The notes below the pieces were generated by a model. The model saw nothing but the letters and a program-made list of their open reading frames with translations, was not told where the DNA came from and searched no databases. Positions 60,601 to 64,000 of a DNA stretch of 64,000 nucleotides are shown in pieces. Every line of letters starts with the position of its first letter. Position 1 is the stretch's first letter. A program made the position numbers and the translations under genes. This stretch comes from the human T2T-CHM13v2.0 reference genome, Homo sapiens, in NCBI RefSeq assembly GCF_009914755.1, contig NC_060929.1, one strand, 5' to 3'.

Positions 60601-60901
60601 ACCCCCTCCCCCTCCTCCTTCTCCTCCTACTTCCCCACTCCTCCTCCCCTTTCTCCTCTACCTCCCCTCCTCCTCCTTTCCTCCTCCTCTTCCTTCTCCT
60701 TCTTCTCCTTCTTCCTTCTCTCTTCTTTCTTTTTCTTCTCCTCCTCCTCCGTCTTTTTCTCCTTCTTCTTCTTCTCCTCCTCCTTCCCCCTTCCCTTCCC
60801 CTTCCTCCCCTTCTCCTTCTCCTTTTCCTTCTCCTTCTCCTTCTCCTTCTCCTTCTCCTGCTGCTTCTTCTTCTTCTTCTTCTTCTTCTTCTTCTTCTTC
60901 T

Positions 60902-60934
<33 letters not shown>

Positions 60935-60958
60935 CTTGCTCTCTTTCATCTTCTTCTT
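60601..60958. repeat. Polypyrimidine compound repeat (CCT, CCTTCT, pure (CTT)20 at 60864-60923)
   Basis: Seen directly; 20 consecutive Phe codons in the ORF track confirm the count. Confidence 0.97.
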
Positions 60959-61001
60959 GGAGATGAGGTCTTGCTTTTTTGCCCAGGCCAGTCTCCAATC
61001 C
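60959..61001 (-). mobile_element. Alu left-monomer/FLAM remnant
   Basis: GGAGATGAGGTCTTGCTTTTTTGCCCAGGCCAGTCTCCAATCC resembles Alu GAGATGGGGTCTCGCTATGTTGCCCAGGCTGGTCTCGAACTCC. Confidence 0.65.
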
Positions 61002-61744
61002 CTATAAGGATATCAGCCATATTGGATTAGAGCCCACTCATATGACCTTATTTAGCCTAATTACCTCATTAAAGGGCCTATCTTCAAATAAGGTTCTGTT
61101 CTGAAACAGCAGAAGTTAAGACTTCAACATAAGAATTTGGTAGGGGGTGGGGATCAGTTCAACCCATAGCCCTCACACGACACCATTTCAACAGGTCCTT
61201 CCCAAGCATCTTCAGTTCCAGGCTCTGTTTTGAGAATCCTTCTGGCTGTAGCAATGGACACACAGATGTCCCACTGTCTCCCTGTTGGAGATGTGCCTTG
61301 CTTGCAGTTGCAGGTAAGGTTGCCAGGGCTGTACTGGGGAGACAGGGTGTGAAGACCCCAGAGTGACCAGGCAGTCTGTGTGGGCCTGGAGGTAAGAGGG
61401 ACCAGGCTGAAGAATTTCACTTGGCATGGGAAGTAGAATACAAGGGAGGAGGGGGTTGTGAGGTGTGGAAGGAAGCAGGGGCCAGATGGTACAGATTTTG
61501 AAAACCTTGCATAGATTTTGTCCTAAGAGCAATTGACAGCCATGGAGGTGGACGTTCAGGGGCTTATCTTCTGGAAGGACCACCATGGTGCAGAATAAAG
61601 AAAGGCCTGGAAGAAGCCATGTAGAGGCAGACCACGGAGCTCTGTGATACCTACAGAAGGTGGGGTGGCTGAGACTGTTCTCATGGAGATGTGAAAAGGG
61701 CACGAAGCCAAGAAACATTGAGGAGACAGAACCGACAGAGCCTG

Positions 61745-62118
61745 TGATAGGGTTTGGCTGTGTCCCCACCCAAATCTCATCTTGAACTGTACTCCCATGA
61801 TTCCAGTGTGTTGTGGGAAGGACCTGGTGGGAGCTAATTGAATCATGGGGGCGGTTTCCCCCATACTGTTCTCCTGGTAGTGAATGAATCTCACGAGGTC
61901 TGATGGTTTGATCATGGGTTTCCGCTTTTGCATCTTCCTCATTCTCTCTTTGCCTGCTGCCATCCATGTAAAATGGGACTTGCTCTTCCTTGCCTTCCAC
62001 CATGATTGTGAGGTTTCCCCAACCATACGGAACTGTAAGTCCAATTAAACCTCTTTCTTTTGTAAACTGCCCAGTCTCAGGTATGTCTTTATCAGCAGTG
62101 TGGAAATGGACTAATACA
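61745..62118 (+). mobile_element. THE1A solo LTR
   Basis: TGATAGGGTTTGGCTGTGTCCCC ... GGTTTCCGCTTTTGC ... GGACTAATACA; perfect TSD GCCTG. Confidence 0.92.
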
Positions 62119-62849
62119 GCCTGGAGAGACTGGCTGTGCGTAGGGCAGAAGCAGTTGGGATCAACTTCTAGGCTGGGCATCCATGTCCCCTGGGATGCAG
62201 GAGGAGGGAGGAGGGCATAGATTGCTGGGAAGGTGATGGAAACCTCCACTGAGGTGAAACTGAGGTTGGCCGGCTGTCCAGGTAGGTCTAGGCTGGCCCA
62301 GGTGACTCACCTGTTTTCATGAATGGAAGAAACTGCCCAGGAGGATGAGGACCCAGGGCAACCCTGGGGAGACAGGTGCTGCCACAACATGGAATTGCCC
62401 ACATCTGACAAAAAGACTGGGGGATGATGACAAAGCGTCTCAGGCCTGCAGCTTAGTGGAGACACTGGTCTGTCTCACCCTGAGCAGGGAGGAGTAGATG
62501 AGAAAACTGCCATCCTTGGCCAAAAGGGAGACACCATCTCCCCTCCTCTCTCCCCACCATCATCAGTCAGCAGTGCTGAGGCCATGGGCTCTCAGGTGGC
62601 ACTGCAGACAGCTTGCCTATGAGAGTAGTGGCTGAGGAATCCCTGAAGGAGGTGCTTGCCATAACTCCATCCCTGCTCCCCTGGGACCAGGTGCAACTGC
62701 ATCCACAGCAGCAGGACAAAAGCTTTCTACAGGGACACTTTATACTGATGATGATTCCCTGCTATTCCTCCCTCTCCAGAATTCAAAAGTGTCCCACAGT
62801 CTAAAGGGAGGATTAAAAGAGTACTTTAGCCCTAAGGTCCAGCCCAAGT

Positions 62850-63030
62850 GAGGTCATAAGCTTTGGTGCCAGACAAACCTAATTTAACCTTCACTCCAAC
62901 ACTCAATAGCTGTGACCACGGGCAAGTTAATTGGCTTCTCTGAGCATCGATGTGGTGATCTGTAAAGACAGGCACAGCAATACTTACCTTTCTAAGTCAC
63001 TAAAGGACTTAGAAAGGTAAGTGATCTGTT
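62850..63030 (-). mobile_element. MIR
   Basis: AGCTGTGACCACGGGCAAGTTAATT..TTCTCTGAGC..ATCTGTAAA. Confidence 0.7.
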
Positions 63031-63226
63031 TTGAAATTAATCACATCAGCATTTTCAACTAGGTAATTTTCAAGTAGAAAATTATCTCAGATGCTGAAAT
63101 AGAATGTAACAAAATTCACCACCATTCCTTTCAAAAAGAAAAAAAACTGGCAAAGTACTAAAAGAGGAAAGTTCTTTAAGTTGATACATGCTGTCTACTA
63201 GAACCCTGCATTAAATCTTCCATGTG

Positions 63227-63318
63227 TGTGAACTCAGACCATTTCCATTAGTCATATGTAAGCCAGAGATTTGTGAACTCGGACCATTTCTGTAAGAGTC
63301 ATGTGTAAGCCAGAGATT
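63227..63318. repeat. 45/47-bp tandem duplication
   Basis: TGTGAACTC.GACCATTTC...AGTCAT.TGTAAGCCAGAGATT x2. Confidence 0.9.
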
Positions 63319-63329
63319 CCTGTTCTTCC

Positions 63330-64000
63330 TGATAACAGCACCTATCGCCCAATGTCCTCATCACGGTGATGAAAATAAAAATAAATAAGTTAGAGGAAAC
63401 TGGAACTTACCAACAGTGTAATTAGATGCCTAGAAAAGCCAGGAGGATAAACGGAAAGCCCTTTGCACACTGAGTAAAACAGCCACTTATCAGAACTGTA
63501 AACAATAACCTTCCCTGTACTAGAATAAGCAATTAGAACATTTTATAACTAAAATTTTACAACTGCACTAATAGAAAAGTAAAGAAATAATTCCCTAAAT
63601 ATATGTGAAATCTATAACAATCTTTAGAACATAAAAGAAATGTGAGGAGATGCACGTGGGATCCTGGGTGGAGCGTCAGCCTGTGTCCCACTCTCAAGGA
63701 AACAGACGGATTAATGCACACCTGGCAAGGTCACAAAATATGCTTTGGGGGACTGGACAATCCAATCATAAAATTTGTGTGGAGGGAAAAAGTGTTGTAA
63801 AGTTCATGATAAGCATTATAAAAATTTCAAAATGAAAAAAACACAGTGGAGAATAACTTATCCTTTTTATAGTAAGTGTGTGGAAAAGCTATTTCAATAG
63901 AGTGGGGAACATATGGAATAGGTCTCATATTTTTTAGAAAAGCCATCAATTTGGGAAAAATAAAGTTTGATATATTTCTATTTTATGTCACACACAAAGA
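63330..64000 (+). mobile_element. Highly decayed L1M ORF2-region fragments
   Basis: A-rich sequence with L1 ORF2-like remnants (CCTAGAAAA, AAGCAATTAGAA, AAAATTTGTGTGGA). Confidence 0.45.

Larger units (their letters stand above)
60391..61170 (-). mobile_element. MLT1B-like LTR, split by a polypyrimidine tract and an Alu remnant
   Basis: GCCATCACAAAGCACCACAGACTGG ... | TATAAGGATATCAGCCATATTGGATTAGAGCCCAC ... CAGTTCAACCCATAGC. Confidence 0.8.

Noticed and set aside
60510-61030. Poly-L/S/F/R/K ORFs of 116-165 aa
   Set aside because: Translations of the CCT/CTT repeat

Overview
This is primate (human-like) non-coding genomic DNA, apparently intergenic or deep intronic. I found no credible protein-coding gene, RNA gene or CpG-island promoter, and the six-frame ORFs are explained by repeats, low-complexity sequence or chance. 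About half the window is transposon-derived: 13 Alu copies or fragments (AluJ, S and Y, plus one Ya-lineage copy), a ~4 kb 5'-truncated L1PA16-like LINE, old L1M/L2/MIR fragments, many solo LTRs (THE1A/C/D, MLT1B/A/C/D/E, MER4, MER31, MER39, MER50, LTR8-, LTR16- and LTR33-like), DNA-transposon MITEs (MER1A, MER91A, MER44, Tigger3a) and several microsatellites. The most informative signals are: (i) an ancient ERV-L provirus relic with readable connection/RNase H/integrase remnants, a PPT and a 3' LTR; (ii) several locally templated insertions or duplications, including a 143-bp young copy in an old L1, a 24-mer copied from 3.4 kb away into a (TA)n tract, a fold-back scar and a CTAGAC cluster; (iii) atypical retrotransposition products, namely a tail-less Alu with a TSD, a poly(A)-only insert in an Alu linker, an inverted L1 and a Ya4-like Alu without a clean TSD; (iv) a (GAA)20-containing tract next to an Alu left-monomer remnant; and (v) candidate DUX4 and CTCF sites. 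I did not find a convincing novel biological system. Subfamily names come from recalled consensus sequences, and boundaries of old elements are approximate.
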